Positions 1-14,452 of a stretch of DNA of 64,000 bases are shown here, in pieces; position 1 is the stretch's first letter; each line of letters begins with the position of its first letter. Below the pieces are notes generated by a model. The model was not told the DNA's origin. It saw nothing but the letters and a program-made list of their open reading frames with translations, and did not search any database. The position numbers and the translations under genes are program-made. Location: the NCBI RefSeq assembly GCF_006345805.1, contig NC_043009.1, forward strand, positions 24,118,001 through 24,182,000, in the 5' to 3' direction. This DNA is from Octopus sinensis (taxonomy: Eukaryota).

Positions 1-451
1 CACATACAAATACGCATACTAGTGTATATATTCAGTTAGCATGGGAGCAGTTTGAAAACAGCCTGAACTCAAATTTCATACAATATATTACATCTCAGTT
101 CTACCCCAATTCTAACCTAACCGCTACCCTTAATAAATTCCTCTTAAAATTGCTTGAATGCTAACAATTCTGTTTGTATACTAAAAAAAAAAGCTATTGT
201 AAACTATTTCAACTTAGTATATAATATATTAATATATAATCACGGGGATGCAGCTATCATTGAAAGCCTATTTCCTGCACCTATTTCCCATAGGAAACTA
301 ACAGGACGTAATTTCCTAACAATTCGGTAAACAACAGTGGCTGACCAACGTGAGATAATATCTTCTACGTTTTATTTATTTCAGTCATTCCACAACTGTC
401 ATGCTGGAATACCACTTTTAGTCGAACCATCTCAATATTTATTTTATTATT

Positions 452-665
452 ATCATCATTGTCTTTGCTCAGCTTCTAACACTGGAGATTTACTACGGTG
501 TCAGGTGTTCACTACCAGTGAACTAAGGTAACACCACTTATTTTCAAGCACTTTCTGGAGTATTCGAGCAGGTTCAAGTAGCGCTGTTTTCTGCAAGTGC
601 TCCACGCTTATTTCAGCCCCTATTTGTTCCTTGTACTTCTCAAGCTCCCATGCACTTCTCAAGAT
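452..665 (-). mobile_element. 3' end of an R4/Dong-type (REL) non-LTR retrotransposon
   Basis: Minus strand reads LEKYKEQIGAEISVEHLQKTALLEPARILQKVLEK*, typical of the REL-clade C-terminus; flanked by (TTA)n. Confidence 0.7.
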
Positions 666-675
666 ATTATCATCA

Positions 676-714
<39 letters not shown>

Positions 715-961
715 TATTATTATTATTATTATTTTAAAAAGGATTGGCGTAACTCTTCCCAATATTAAACAGTTAAGACGAAGAGCGCGATTCGATTGTA
801 AACTTTGGTAATTTCTAGAATTTCTGTAGGATCCAGTTCTTATTCTGTGTACCATAATATCAATCATGTCAGTCTATTTGATTTTGATATTTTAAAAAAG
901 ATTGATGTAACTCTTCACAAAGATTACAATCGAATCTTCGTCTTGACTTTACTTTTGTGAA

Positions 962-1113
962 ATGTTGGTAAGTAGCTTGCTTACGAACCACACGGTTTCG
1001 GGTTCAGTCCCACTGCGTGGCACCTTGGGCAAGTGTCTTTCTACTATAAACTCGGGCCAACAAAAGACTTGTGAGTGGATTTGGTAGACGGAAACCGAAA
1101 GAAGCCCGTCGTA

Positions 1114-1181
<68 letters not shown>

Positions 1182-1412
1182 GTATGTGTGTGTGTGTTTG
1201 CGTGTATGTGTTTGTGTGTCTGTGTTTGTCCCCCCAGCATCGCTTGACAACCGATGCTGGTGTGTTTACGTCCCTCGTAACTCGGTTCGGCAAAAGAGAC
1301 CGATAGAATAAGTACAAGGCTTACAAAGAATAAGTCCTAGGGTCGATTTGCTAGATCGACTAAAGGTGGTGCTCCAGCATGGCGGTTGTGCAATGGCTGA
1401 AATAAATAAAAG
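962..1412 (+). mobile_element. Abundant tRNA-derived SINE with internal (TA)n(TG)n; further copies or halves near 7085-7255, 10025-10230, 14790-14945, 44530-45215 and 53955-54365
   Basis: Recurring head (ggtaagtagcttgc...ggttcagtcccactg), body and tail (ggtgctccagcatggc...ctgaaacaaataaaag). Confidence 0.8.
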
Positions 1413-1679
1413 GTGAAACGTAGAAGATATCTCACGACAGTCAGCCACTGTTGTTACCGGTCGTCTTAGAAATGCCCTGTGTCAAAAAGTATTATTCGTA
1501 GCAGACGTTCTCTCTACATCGTTCACACGCGCCTGACTCGGACTCAGAAGTTACAGCCCGAGTTGTTATCTATAATCGTACAAATTAAAAGTAATTCAAA
1601 TTTAATGTTTTTCTTGAAGTAATAAATTTCTATAGAGATTAGTATTTAGATTCCAATCAATGAAAATTTTCCGTTCTAC

Positions 1680-2429
1680 AATATTCTTAAAGGAACAAAA
1701 ATTGATCCAGCAACTCAGGCTAATACAAACGAGGCTAGTAAGTATCAAGAAAACGAGGATTTTTTCGGCAGACTTATCACACAGGATGAAACATGGGTCC
1801 ATCACTATCATCCTGAGACTAAAGTCTAGTCGAAGCAATGGAAGCATAATAACTCACTATCTCCAAAGGAGGCTCGTGTCCAGCCCTCAGCAGGCAAGGT
1901 GATGCTCATAGTTTTTTGGAACTTGTGCGGAGTCGTGATGGTGGATTTTCTGGCAAAGGGCACCACAATTTACAGGGCATATTATGCTTCTCTACTGCAG
2001 AAATTGCAGGATGCCATCAAAGCAGAGAAGGTGGCATGCTAACCGAAGGAGTTCGCCTCCTCCAAGACAACGCCCCAGTTAACAATGCATATGTTGCTAA
2101 AAGAAAGCACTCTCCTGCGGCTATGAAATCCTTCCTCGTCCCCCTTACTCTCCCGACCTCGCACAATCTGACTCCCACCTCTTTTCAACCTTGAAGTCTT
2201 TTTTGAAGAGGAAGCAATTTTCGGAGAATGATGAACTAATTTCCGAGGTAAAGTCTTGGCTCCAGATGCAACCGAGCAACTTCTAGAGACGAGGTTTTCA
2301 TAGCACTGGGAGAAGTATGTCACCATTGGTGGTGGCTATACAGAGAAGAACTTATAATTATGCCAAGTTTTGCTTATCTCAGTCTTTGGAAAGTGGTTCA
2401 GTGGAAATATTTTATGAACATCCCTCGTA
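1680..2429 (+). mobile_element. Degenerate 5'-truncated mariner transposase remnant with right TIR
   Basis: RLITQDETWVHHY, QPSAGKVM and LLQDNAP motifs with stops and frameshifts; ends ...gaacatccctcgTA, 30 nt before exon 2460. Confidence 0.8.
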
Positions 2430-2459
2430 TATATAAATTCCATTTATTTTATTTTTCAG

Positions 2460-2543
2460 TATGCGTTCGATTCTCAATTGTAGGAACCGGAATATTTATA
2501 GAGGCGTCGCGAAATGGTTACACATTTAAACAGAGATTTCTCA
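2460..2543 (+). CDS. Gene A, 84-nt middle exon of domain 1 (xCVRFSIVGTGIFIEASRNGYTFKQRFL); earlier exons lie upstream of the window
   Basis: Acceptor ttttatttttcag and donor CTCA|gtgagt; phase 1-1; open frame; same 84-nt length and phase as exons 14369-14452 and 35310-35393. Confidence 0.8.
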
Positions 2544-4493
2544 GTGAGTATAATTATATTGTGCGTTAATGAGATAGTGTTAATTTCTTTAAAAAATCGT
2601 GCTAATAGTTCTTTATTTTCCTGAATTTAAGAAGCAAATCCCTCAGTCGGTTAGCATATAATTAACGTTGCTTTCTTCGTAATAAAGATTTTAATTTTCT
2701 TATAATCCTTTTAGCAATCTGAGCCTCAATGTCAGTTGACATGGTGTATCCTGCATCCACAAAACTTTAAGTAATATGGAGTCGACCATTTGTTATAATT
2801 TATATATAAATGTGTGCGTGTTTGAAAGAGAGTGAGAGTGAGTATGCGTGTGTGTGTATGTATGTGTGCATGCGTGTATGAGCATGCATCCGGTAGTAGG
2901 GCCTTAACATGGGAGTTCCAGTCTTTTGAGGAGTATGTAACCCCCTTTTAGCCCCTATTGTTCGCAGGTCTTATCTTATCCGCAGTAGTAGTAATTGTCA
3001 GGCTCCCTGCTACAGGTTAATTGCCATATGAACCACTGGGAGAGAACAATTCCTAATTCTCTTTAGACCTTCCTTTAGACCATGACGTTCGAATAAACTC
3101 TAATAAAACCCTAAAGTGCGGTAGGTTTCTGGTCATGAAGTTCTGTGAAGCTGAAACGTGAGCAGAATGTTGCGAAACACTTTACTTATTCAAAACCAAC
3201 GCTCAAGAACTCCTTGGTCTCTCAGAACGTTTGCATGGACTTAATAGGTATACAGGAAGTGGTCATACTCGGTCACCAGTTGACCATCACCATGTGTGCG
3301 TAGTTTGAATTACTATGCTATGTTTCTTCCTCTATCTTAAATCCTTTCTTACTAATATTGTATTGTTTTGTTTTCTTCTGAGTTTCCAATCTTTGCCATG
3401 CCCCGAATCGCAGAGATTGGAATCCCCCCACACATTTGAAATTCACTTTTTAATTTTGAATTTGTCGTGCACAAATTTTGATCTGAAATCTTGTAATGAA
3501 ACCAATTTAATAATCGATATAAATGTTGGTTAGTCGTTTGTTTGTTTGTTTGTTTGTTTGTTTGGTTGGTTGGTTGGTTGATTTATTGTTTCTCTAGTCA
3601 CGCTTTACATCGTATGGAGGGAGGCGGGGAAGGTGGGGGAAGAGAGTGTAAAAGAAAGATAAATTGCGTGTTATCGTCAGAGGTGCAGGGCGAATGCACA
3701 CACAAGGCTTTATAAAATGTAGTGAGTAAATGAAGGCTAAACATATACACACAATGTGAGAGAAAGAATCACAGAGACAGTGAAGGAGGAGGAGGAGAGT
3801 AAGAGAGATAAAGAGGAAGTTAACATAGAACAGTCATAGACAGCTGCAAACGGCTAAAAACAATTTTGAGAAGTGCGACCGCCTGACGATGAATCATGTC
3901 CCATGCGGTCCCGACCGTGAGAAAGAATGCCCATACCTGACATGAGAGGCGTAAGATGGATGTACATGCAAAGATTGGTGGAAGACATGGATAACGTTCT
4001 TTCAAAATACACATTTTTTTAATAACTTTGAAGACGTATGTTAGTAAAATTTAGAAAAGTAGTGATGTATATTTACTGCAAATACACAAATTGCAAACTT
4101 GTTTTCTGTAATTTGAAGTAATAAATATTTTTCTTTTGAAAAATTGTATTTATTTCATCCTTTTGGTGTGTCAGCACTAAAATTCTTGATAGGAGCTATT
4201 TTATGATTATGTTGTACGCACGACGTATTTCTTGATATTATCCATGGTGTCTAAAGTATATTCCAAAAGCTACTTGTCAGGTAACACTCTGGTATTCTTA
4301 TATCTGAAAAGAGTTACAACTGATACAGTCTATAAACCGAAAACCGAGCAAGACAATGTTAACATCTTTGCTCACTGTATAATGTAGGATCTCTATTTAG
4401 TTTTGATTGTCTGTGTGTGCTCGCGCGCGTGTGCATGTGTATGTGTACATCTATGTGTGTATGTATGTGTATATGTGTGTATATATTTCGGAG

Positions 4494-4526
<33 letters not shown>

Positions 4527-4611
4527 AGAATGGTACATATATATGTAATTAGATATCAGTTTATTTACTTGTTCTTTAATCGCTAATTCCAATAATTTTC
4601 GTGTTTTACAG

Positions 4612-4884
4612 AAGGCTCAGGCACCATGACGTTCGAATACTCCCATCATTATCTACATCTGACGCTTACAGTCTCGGTAGTAAGATCCAGCCAAGAAATC
4701 AAATCATGTTTCAAAATAAACTATAGTGTTGGATTCCGCCGTTATTCAAATAATCTTGGTTGCAACAAAAAGCGCTGGCACTCCAATGAAAATCGCCCTG
4801 TGAAAAACTTGAGTCCAAATATTAAAAGTCTTTCAGAGTTAGAAGGATTTGATTTTGGCCAAATTTACAGAAACGGATACCTCG
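4612..4884 (+). CDS. Gene A, C-terminal exon of domain 1 plus linker (KGSGTMTFEY...LTVSV...SCFKINY...NLGCNKKR...GYL); read-through instead reaches a stop at 4934
   Basis: Acceptor gtgttttacag; homologous to exons at 18165 and 39402 (LTVSV, CF.[IL].Y, LGC). Internal phase-1 donor CTCG|gtaagg at 4885; in-frame TAG ends 4934, with AATAAA at 4963, 4967 and 4975. Confidence 0.8.
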
Positions 4885-6504
4885 GTAAGGAAAATGAGAA
4901 AGAAAATTCTCTCATTTGGCACAAAAATGTTTAGAAGCAAAGATTTTTAAAATGAATGTATGAATAAATAAATGAATAAATTTAAGTGAAATTTTCATAT
5001 GGTTATAATCGGTGGGAAAAATACGAAGAAATATAAATGAAACCCATTGATAGAAAATAATGCATAAAATCTTTTTAATGATTAGATTATATAAATATAA
5101 GAACTGTTTTCTGCTCAATAAATATGCGATTAAATTTCTTTAAGTTGTATACGTTTGGCTTTCATTTCATTAACACATTTATTTTTGTGCCAATTTGCAA
5201 ATGTAGAATTATGGAAATATCCCAGCAAATATAATGTAAAACACTAACATTGTTCCTACTTTTTATTATATGAGTGGATTAAGCTGGTATCAGTATGTTT
5301 AAATCACAACTGACAGTTAAATATACAACGGAATATCAAAATTAAAGAACTATTTATAATAATTCGAGGCTCGTCCACGGTTTTTCATAAGGGATATATT
5401 TTCAGTTTAATGGTTGGTTCCAAGAACTGCAAGCACCTCTATCTCATTTGTCATTGGTTATCATAGATCTTTTAATTTGGTTTCAAATTTTGGCACAAGG
5501 CCAGCAATGATGGGGGTGGGGAAGTGAGTCAGTCAATTATGTCGACACCCATGTTCAACTGGTACTTATTTTATCTACCCCGAAAGGTTGAGAGGCAAAG
5601 TCGACCTCGCCGAATCTTGAACTCCGAACGTAAGGTCGGACGAAATGCCACTTAGCATTTTGCCACCCGTATTAACGATTTAACCAGCTAACGATTCAAC
5701 CATAGACCATCTTATTTACATATCGAAAATTATCGGACAAGCTGCTTAGAGGCATTTCTTCCGTTCTTACATTCTGAGTTCAAATTCCGCTGTAGTTGAC
5801 TTAACTTTTCATTCTTTTGTAGGTTTATAAAATAAGTGTCAGTTGGGCACTGGGCGCCTCCAAATAATTTTCAGGACTTTTGTTTATCTATCTGTTTTTT
5901 TTTCTTGTTTTACTTTCCTTACACCGGTTGCCCAGTTCCCATGGCATATTACGACATCCCTCTTGAACGGGTCACCAGTCAGTTGTAGATTTCAAGGCCG
6001 ACAATTTTGAGGGGAGCTGCAAAGACTGATTACGTCGACACCGGCACATGATTGATATGATAACGACTCCGAAGGGATAAAAAGGTAAGGTTGACCACGG
6101 CTGGATTCGAACTCGGAGCGTAGAGAGCCAGAAAAAATGTCACTAAGCATTTTTTACGACGTATCAGCGACTGTGTCAGCGTACCGTCTTAATCATCCAT
6201 CTACAAACTGAATACATTAAATATGCTGCATATACGTATAGTCGTATAAACGGAATACGACATGTATCCTGTTAATCGGACCACACGTTCATGAGATACG
6301 ATGCTTTTTCGGGTACCTTTATAAACAGCCAAACCGCGCATAATGGAAAAGCACTTTGGAAGTAAAGGTACCATTGAAATGTGAATACAAACGGAATAAA
6401 ACAAGTTTCGCGTAAATAGGACCACGAGTTCCCGAAATATGCCGTTTTTTCGTGTACCTTCAACCTCACAGGTCACAAGTAGTTTAGTCTAGTCTAGTCT
6501 AGTA

Positions 6505-6535
<31 letters not shown>

Positions 6536-6848
6536 GATTTTAACCATGATTTTTGATGAACTTAAATAATTACAAATTTATTTTACTACCTATTTTGAAG
6601 ACTTTCATGTAAACTGTTTAAACAAAAAGCCCCACAACATTTTCTTATCATTGTGAAAGACTCCATTTTTAACATTTTCTTATCATTATCAAAGACTGTA
6701 TAACTGTATTTTAATACAATTGCTATAACCATTTTTTAACACAACAAAGCTTTACATATTAATTTTGATAATTTATTTTTTTTTTAAATGAAACCGGTCA
6801 AGTCAAGAAACACCTCTAAAAGACCTCTGCTTTTTCAAACCCTCTTTC

Positions 6849-6982
<134 letters not shown>

Positions 6983-6988
6983 ATATAT

Positions 6989-7029
<41 letters not shown>

Positions 7030-7539
7030 TCGTGTGTGTGTTTTTGTGTTTGCGTGTGTTTGTAGGTAGGTAGATAAGTATGTACATATAGACAAAGGGA
7101 TTACTCCCAGTTTTCGCTAACAATGTTCACTCCCTAGGTATTGGTCAGTCCGAGGCTATAGTAGAAGTTACTAACTCAAGGTGCCGAGCTGTGAGATTGA
7201 ATCTAAAACCACGTTGTTGCAATGCGTACTTCTTAACCACAGAGCTAGGCCTGCGCCTGTAACAGAAGCCTTTCCTAAAATACAGAATCACATTTCATTA
7301 GACTGAATGGAATCTCTAGAAATATCAAGTAATACCCAAAAATATAGGAATTCTGAAAATTTCAGGTAATTTCAAACCAAATATAAAACACAATTCTCCT
7401 ACAACAAAAGCAAGAAAATGTGAAGTCTAATGCACAACAAAGTCCTCCGAAAGGAATCACTAGATTGTTGGACGGGTTCACAATTGTACTGAATGGCTTT
7501 ATTTCGAACTCTACAACGTATTCATTATATTTTTCGTTT

Positions 7540-7800
7540 GTTCTTTCTCGAGCCATGCCTGGCTCATAAGGGCCGGTTTTCCGGTTTCCTTGGCGTATAG
7601 GTTCCCCACCTGGACGGGACGCCAGTCCGTCGCAGGGGAGCCGCATGATGCAGGAGGAAAGAGTGAGAGAAAATTGTGGCGAAAGAGTCAGCAGAAGTTC
7701 GCCATTACTTTCTGCAGGAGCCGGTGGGACTTTGGTGTTTCGCTCATAAACACACATATCGCCCGGTCTGAGATTCGAACCCACTGTGTGACACCTCGTA
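7540..7800 (-). mobile_element. Second tRNA-SINE family; related copy at 12310-12590, isolated head at 26860-26945
   Basis: Shared ggacgggacgccagtcc body; A-box (TGGCCCAGTGG) and B-box (GGTTTCGATTCC) visible in the 12510-12590 head. Confidence 0.65.
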
Positions 7801-7883
7801 CTAGTGACTCCTACTATAGCTCTGGTCGGACCAGTGCCTTGTGAATGGATTTGATAAGACGGAAGCTAAAAGAATCCCGTCAT

Positions 7884-7920
<37 letters not shown>

Positions 7921-8642
7921 CATACATATATACATATAAGAGAATACGCATATGCACGTGTATATGTCTGTGTGTGCATACGTATGTATGCATATATGTG
8001 TGTATTTATGCATATATGTATATATACACACATGTGCATGTGTGTCTGTGCGGGAATATAATAAGCATGCGCGCACTTGCGCCCTTGCGCCCACATATAC
8101 GTTTATATGTATGTATGGGGGAGGTGTGTGCCTGCGCGCCCATACACAGATGTGCACGCTCGCATAAATACAGACGCACATGAAAACCATTTGACGACGT
8201 TTAGACTCTCACATACACAAGTATATAATTGCACATACCACCCCTTCTTACTTCATCCCCAACCACGCATTCGGTTTTCTCTTCACCGTGTGCTATTTTC
8301 CAAGTAACTGTTGTTGCTGGTATACTAACATTAAACGACGTCACCGCCTGACCTTCTTCGTCCAATCGCAAGTCGCCTTAAAGTAATAACAGTCAACTTC
8401 TCTCATTCTAATTCAAAATGGTTGAAGATCAGCATCACGGTTGGTACTCAGAGTACCAACGAATATATACACACACACACACATACACAGGCACACACAC
8501 ATATACATATACATATATATATATGTGTGTGCGTGTATGTGTGTATATACACACATACAGATACAGACACACACATACACACACACATACATGCATACAT
8601 ACACACATACATACATGCATACATACATATATACATACATAT

Positions 8643-8694
<52 letters not shown>

Positions 8695-8721
8695 TAGTAT
8701 ATATATATATATATATATATA

Positions 8722-9465
8722 TGAGTTTAATGGTAGCAAAATCTTCCAGGACTAGTTATGTTTAACACCTTAATTACTTAAGTTTTAACATATTCTCCTT
8801 CAAAGTAGTGACCCAACACAGCAATACACAGGTCTCGGCGTTCCTGCCGCTTGTGGAATTCAGCGAAGTTGTTTTCCGTAAGCGAGCCGAGGTTTCTGCT
8901 ATTCGCTCAACATCTCATCAACGTGTTAAAACAACAAACTTTGAGTCGCATCTTCATCTTGTGGAACGCATGGACGTCCGCAGGTGCTAAATCTGGTGAA
9001 TAGTGCGGGGGATGAAGCGATACTATGTTGTTTTTGGCAAGAAACTCATGCCTGATGCATTGTCGCTGTGAAGAATCTAATTCCTTGGCCTCCCTCCACA
9101 GATCCGGTAACTTTCGCCGAATTGTCTCCCCCAAATGTCTCAAAAGTCGTTCATTGTCCTCCTACGATCTTCATACACAAGCGGATGAAATTTCTCCCCA
9201 TTTCCGGAGTGACACTCGTGACAGGTCTTCCTGATTGTTCATCGTACTCCAAGGACGATCTTCCACTTTTGAAGCACCCTTGCAATTAGAAACATTGCGT
9301 ACGACCCATTGCCTTGTCCCCGTAAGCTTGCCGAAGTATGCTCAATGTCCATGAAACAGACTTCCCAAGTTCAAAGTACAATTGGCTTCTTGTTCCAACT
9401 TCCAGTCCATGATAAAAAGTCGTAGATTATGACATACCAGTGATCACAGAAATAGAAATTTCACA
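8722..9465 (-). mobile_element. Degenerate, internally deleted mariner-like element
   Basis: HEFLAKNNIVSLHPPHYSPDLAPAD motif on the minus strand; TIR-like left end. Confidence 0.7.
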
Positions 9466-9910
9466 ACTTTGTTTTGCCCACAAATTTCTTTGTAATCGTA
9501 ATCTGCACTGTTTCAAATATATTAGTAGCACATTTCATTAAAAACACACCTATTTTCCAGAAAGTTATGAGGGGGAAAATATCAGGCCCTGTAAATTTTC
9601 CGAAACTCCTTTCCCGCACGCCTCGAAAATTAATTTTCCATGCCATCTTACAAACACTTAATCGAGAGGATATAAGTGATTATATGGTGGAAGTTTCGTT
9701 AAAATTATCCATTTGTCTGGAAGTTATGAGGCAACAAAGTCGGTGGGGTATTAAATTGTTGTTATGCCTTTTTTCAATGAAAGTTAACGTTAACGGATTA
9801 ACTTTCGTTACATTTTCAAAGAATTAACGGATTATTTGATTAACGATTAACGAAGTCAACATGTTGATTAACTGTGACCACCTGTGTATATATCTATATG
9901 TATATATGTA

Positions 9911-10023
<113 letters not shown>

Positions 10024-10703
10024 TTGTGAGTTTGTGCTTGTAGCCCCATCATCTCTTGACAACCAATGTGGGGGTGTTGACTTCTCATTAACTTAGCGGT
10101 TCGGCAAGAAAAAAAAATTAGATAAGTACTAGGTTTACAAATATTAAGTCCTGGGGTTGAATTGTTCGACTAAAGGCGGTGCTCGAGCATGGCCGCAGTC
10201 AAATACCTGAAACAAATAAAAGAATAAAAAATAAAAGAATACATGTATATCGATATATATAAACATATAGGGAGAATTCACCCCCCCCCCCAAAAAAAAA
10301 ACAACAACAAAAGACGAAGACAGGTGGTGTAGACAACAAACAGATGTATTAGTATAGCGCTCGGGAAGTGAAAAGTCTTTAACATTTCGAGCTTACGCTT
10401 TTCTACAGAAAGGAAGACAGAAAGAAACAAGTAGAGAAAATAAAGAATGTGTAGTGGCTAGCGATCTATCATGGCGAATGCCAGACAGAAGGGTCAGACA
10501 GGAGAGCTAGGGAGGAGGGGAGATAATACAGTAGTGGTGATCCCAAAAAGAAGCTGCGCGTGCATGTGTGTAAGAGAGTTTGTATGTGCATGTGGAAGAG
10601 GGGTGATTATCTTCACATGCGCGCGTGTGTGTATGTGTAGGTGTGAAAATGTGGATCTAAGAATTGGTCAGTACTGGTGTGTGTGTGTGTGTGGTGTGTT
10701 GTA

Positions 10704-10738
<35 letters not shown>

Positions 10739-10779
10739 TACATACGCAGATGTATGAGTGCATGTATCTATCTATCTAA

Positions 10780-10838
<59 letters not shown>

Positions 10839-11231
10839 GGGTTTACATGTAAAGCATGCGCTCATAACGCCCCTGCGATCTTAACCAATACAGAAAGAAA
10901 ACACACTAACGAAACCAGTTATGTATGCGTACACCTGCACAAGTTATACACATTGCACCACTACACATACATAATTTCCACAAAAACACCAACCTGAAAG
11001 ACGCACACATTTTCCACAAACACTTCAAGTTCGCTCTTACCAACTTGCAGCATAGCCAAACCGGTAGCGATATAAACACAGCTATATCATTCTGTACACT
11101 ACCACATGAAGCTCACGGCTAACTCTAACCGCACACGCGGCCATGCGCTGCCATCTGTCGGCGCAGTACAGAACTAGCCCAGGATGTGCTTGATACCTCC
11201 TCGCATATATATACATATACACATACATACA

Positions 11232-11267
<36 letters not shown>

Positions 11268-11272
11268 TTTAC

Positions 11273-11312
<40 letters not shown>

Positions 11313-11438
11313 CTGTAAATATAATAAGTGGCAATTATTCGGTAGCCATGATAATTGTCACATATATTTACAGATAACTTCCTCTATTTACACAATATCG
11401 AGGTTTCTTTCATTCTTTTGTTGTCTTACCATTACTAT

Positions 11439-11485
<47 letters not shown>

Positions 11486-11673
11486 ACGGGCTTCCAAATC
11501 TACTCACGAGTGTTTGGTCAGTCTGAAGTTATTGAAGTTATATTAGAAGATATTTTCCCAAAGTGCTGGTTGGGAAGCAATACCATTTGTGTATCGCATT
11601 ATACACGATAGCCATGTCATGATGAGTCGGCATACTTATCTAAATAATTTCTTTAACTTCATTATATTTACAG

Positions 11674-11865
11674 ATGTAATTGCTGATGGAAGATCTCTTT
11701 CAGAAGAAATGGTAAAAGAGAATAATGTGGTGAATATGGATTCTCAAAATGAACAATCGGTCACTAAAGGATCGGAAATTGGAGATTTGCAAATGAAAAT
11801 TCTTAAGTGTAATTGGAAAAAAAAAGCAGGACATTGTTCCATATTATTAGACAATCTTCCATGGT
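11674..11865 (+). CDS. Gene A, acidic spacer and N-terminus of domain 2 (DVIADG...GDLQMKILKCNWKKKAGHCSILLDNLPW)
   Basis: Acceptor atttacag, donor TGGT|gtaagt; 192 nt, phase 1-1; aligns with gene B exon 29908-30108 (IAD, M[VI]K, GD[LI]Q, CxWK...G.C). Confidence 0.85.
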
Positions 11866-13212
11866 GTAAGTATTATTTGCAATAATTGCTGTTTTATGTC
11901 CCGTTCCAACATGAACATATTGTTTAGTCCAAGGGTCGCCAAAGGGAGTCCGAGGAATTTCTATTGGTGATAGCCAAGGGGTCGAATGGTGGTCGGCGTG
12001 CGAAAGAGCAGTTCACCCACATGAACTGCTTGATATACTTAGTCAGCCCATGCTCATCCCTCACAGTGATGCTGACAATTTCAATAAACAATATTCTAGC
12101 AATATGACGCGTTTTTCACATTTCATAAAAATTGACTGTTTCATACTCAATACTCGAACATGTAGTTTTAAATGTAAAAAAAAGTCATATTAATAGAATT
12201 TCTTAATTTGCCATACATGTAAATTTTAGCTAAAATTTTAATTGCCGTATGCATTTAAGATATGGTACAGTAGGGTAGGGTATTCATTCATTCATCATCT
12301 ATTCATGCGCCCTTTTGAAGCCTAGCCAGGCTCATGGGACTGGTTTCCCGGTTTCTGTGGCGTATGTGTTCGCCCCAGTTGGACGGGACGCCAGTCCATT
12401 GCAGCGTTACTCAAGAAACAGGAAGAAAGAGTGAAAGAAAGCTAGGGCCACCCCCCACCCCCTGCTGAATCCTCGTGGAGCTTTAGTTTTTCGCTCAATA
12501 AACACACAACGCCTGATCTGGGAATCGAAACCGCGATCCTCCAACCGCGAGTCCGCTGCTCTAACCACTGGGCCATTGCGCCTCCACAGGGTAGGGTATT
12601 AATATACTTTAAATGTGGAAGGTGCTCCGTGTGGAAGGAGAAGTGACTAAAGGAGGTCGAGGGTCGAAAAAGTTAGGCGACCTCTGGTTTTGTTAATTTG
12701 ACTCCAGTACGGGAATTATTTTTTGCGTTGTCTGATAATTGTGCCGTTTGGTCTTTTTCCGAAAAAGTAAAAGTTATAAGACAAAAGTACACCGCCACAC
12801 AATTATGGAGTGGTGGAATCAGGGGACAAGCACAATCAAAAAGACATACACACACTCAAACACACATACATATGTGCGCGTGCGTGCATATGTTTGTGTG
12901 TGTTTATGTGTTTGTGTGTGTGTGTGCATATTAAGGCTACAATAGGCTTCATGTTAAGAATATCTTAACATCTTAATAACATGGAGAAGAAAACCATTCC
13001 TTCATGTGATCGGCTTGAAAAATTGTACCCTTGATACACAAATAAAGAAATTTAATCAACCAGTGCGGTATTGAGCACTCATTCTCGTTGTTCGACATTT
13101 ACGTATATATATACACATATATATAGAATGAGAATGAGTGCTCAATACCGCACTGGTGGATAAAATTTCTTTATTTGTGTATTAAGGCTACCTATTAAGG
13201 CTATATATATAT

Positions 13213-13255
<43 letters not shown>

Positions 13256-13488
13256 AAATAGGGTAATAATAAATTATTATTAGCAGTCTGTACGTCAGGA
13301 TTATGAAGGCTGTCCCACTGAAGAAACTTGCCTTCGGCGAATCATTTTTTTGCTGGAAATAGTTAGAAACCGTCGGTCTGGGATATAGTTGAGATGGTAA
13401 ATGTTTTTAATTTTCATTCCTTTCGTGAATTTATCCCTCTTTTGTGTTCTAGCACAACGCTTTCCTATTTGAAAGCCTCTTATTATAT

Positions 13489-13631
<143 letters not shown>

Positions 13632-14217
13632 CATTGTATATTTTGTATATATATATATTCGGTGGGCTTCTTTCATTTTCTGCTGATCAAATCCGCTCAT
13701 TTAACTTTAGTCTACTGGAGGCTTTAGATGAAGGCAACTGCTCAAAGCGAACTTGGAATCAAATAGTTTGGAAGCAAGCTTCTTAGCACACTATACAGCA
13801 TGTATGTATAATGAGGTATACGTATATTTATTCTCGTTATTTCATGTTGGACGAACGAGGTAGGAATGCTCAGTAAATGCCGTAGAGGATAATTTTTTCT
13901 ATTTCTTTTGTCTCGGGAGCCGAGTCTTACGGAACTGCGATCTTCAGGTGAGTTTCATCTGAAGGTCGTAGTGGCTTGAACCTCTAGGATTCCATGCAGC
14001 TTCCTTAAAACAAATCAACTTGCAAGGCTAGTTAATCTCTACTAGATCACACTTGGGCACTTTCTTCTACTTTTCTCTATCACATGACTTTGTAAATGGA
14101 CAATTTCGTGTGTTTATTTTAATGGCCTACCAATGCATACAGTGTGTTTCTCTGCCCTAAGTGTCAGAAAGATGTTCGGCAAGAAGTGGAAACAGAATTG
14201 AAAGAAGGTGATGATGA

Positions 14218-14316
<99 letters not shown>

Positions 14317-14368
14317 TAATAATTATAAATGATAAAATAAAAGGATTATATATATTTGTCTTTTCCAG

Positions 14369-14452
14369 TATATGTCAATATGACAGTAGTTCCAACTGGC
14401 ATTCATTTTCACCTGCAATTAGGAGTGCGCCCACTTTTAGATACCGATATCC
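14369..14452 (+). CDS. Gene A, 84-nt middle exon of domain 2 (LYVNMTVVPTGIHFHLQLGVRPLLDTDI)
   Basis: Acceptor ttgtcttttccag, donor ATCC|gtaagt; 84 nt, phase 1-1; open frame. Confidence 0.85.

Noticed and set aside
12510-12590. tRNA-like A/B boxes (also 26860-26945)
   Set aside because: These are SINE heads continuing into SINE bodies, with no complete cloverleaf.
13890-13953. Strong donor CAG|GTGAGT at 13948 in a gene A intron
   Set aside because: No nearby acceptor gives a frame-preserving phase 1-1 exon; treated as cryptic.
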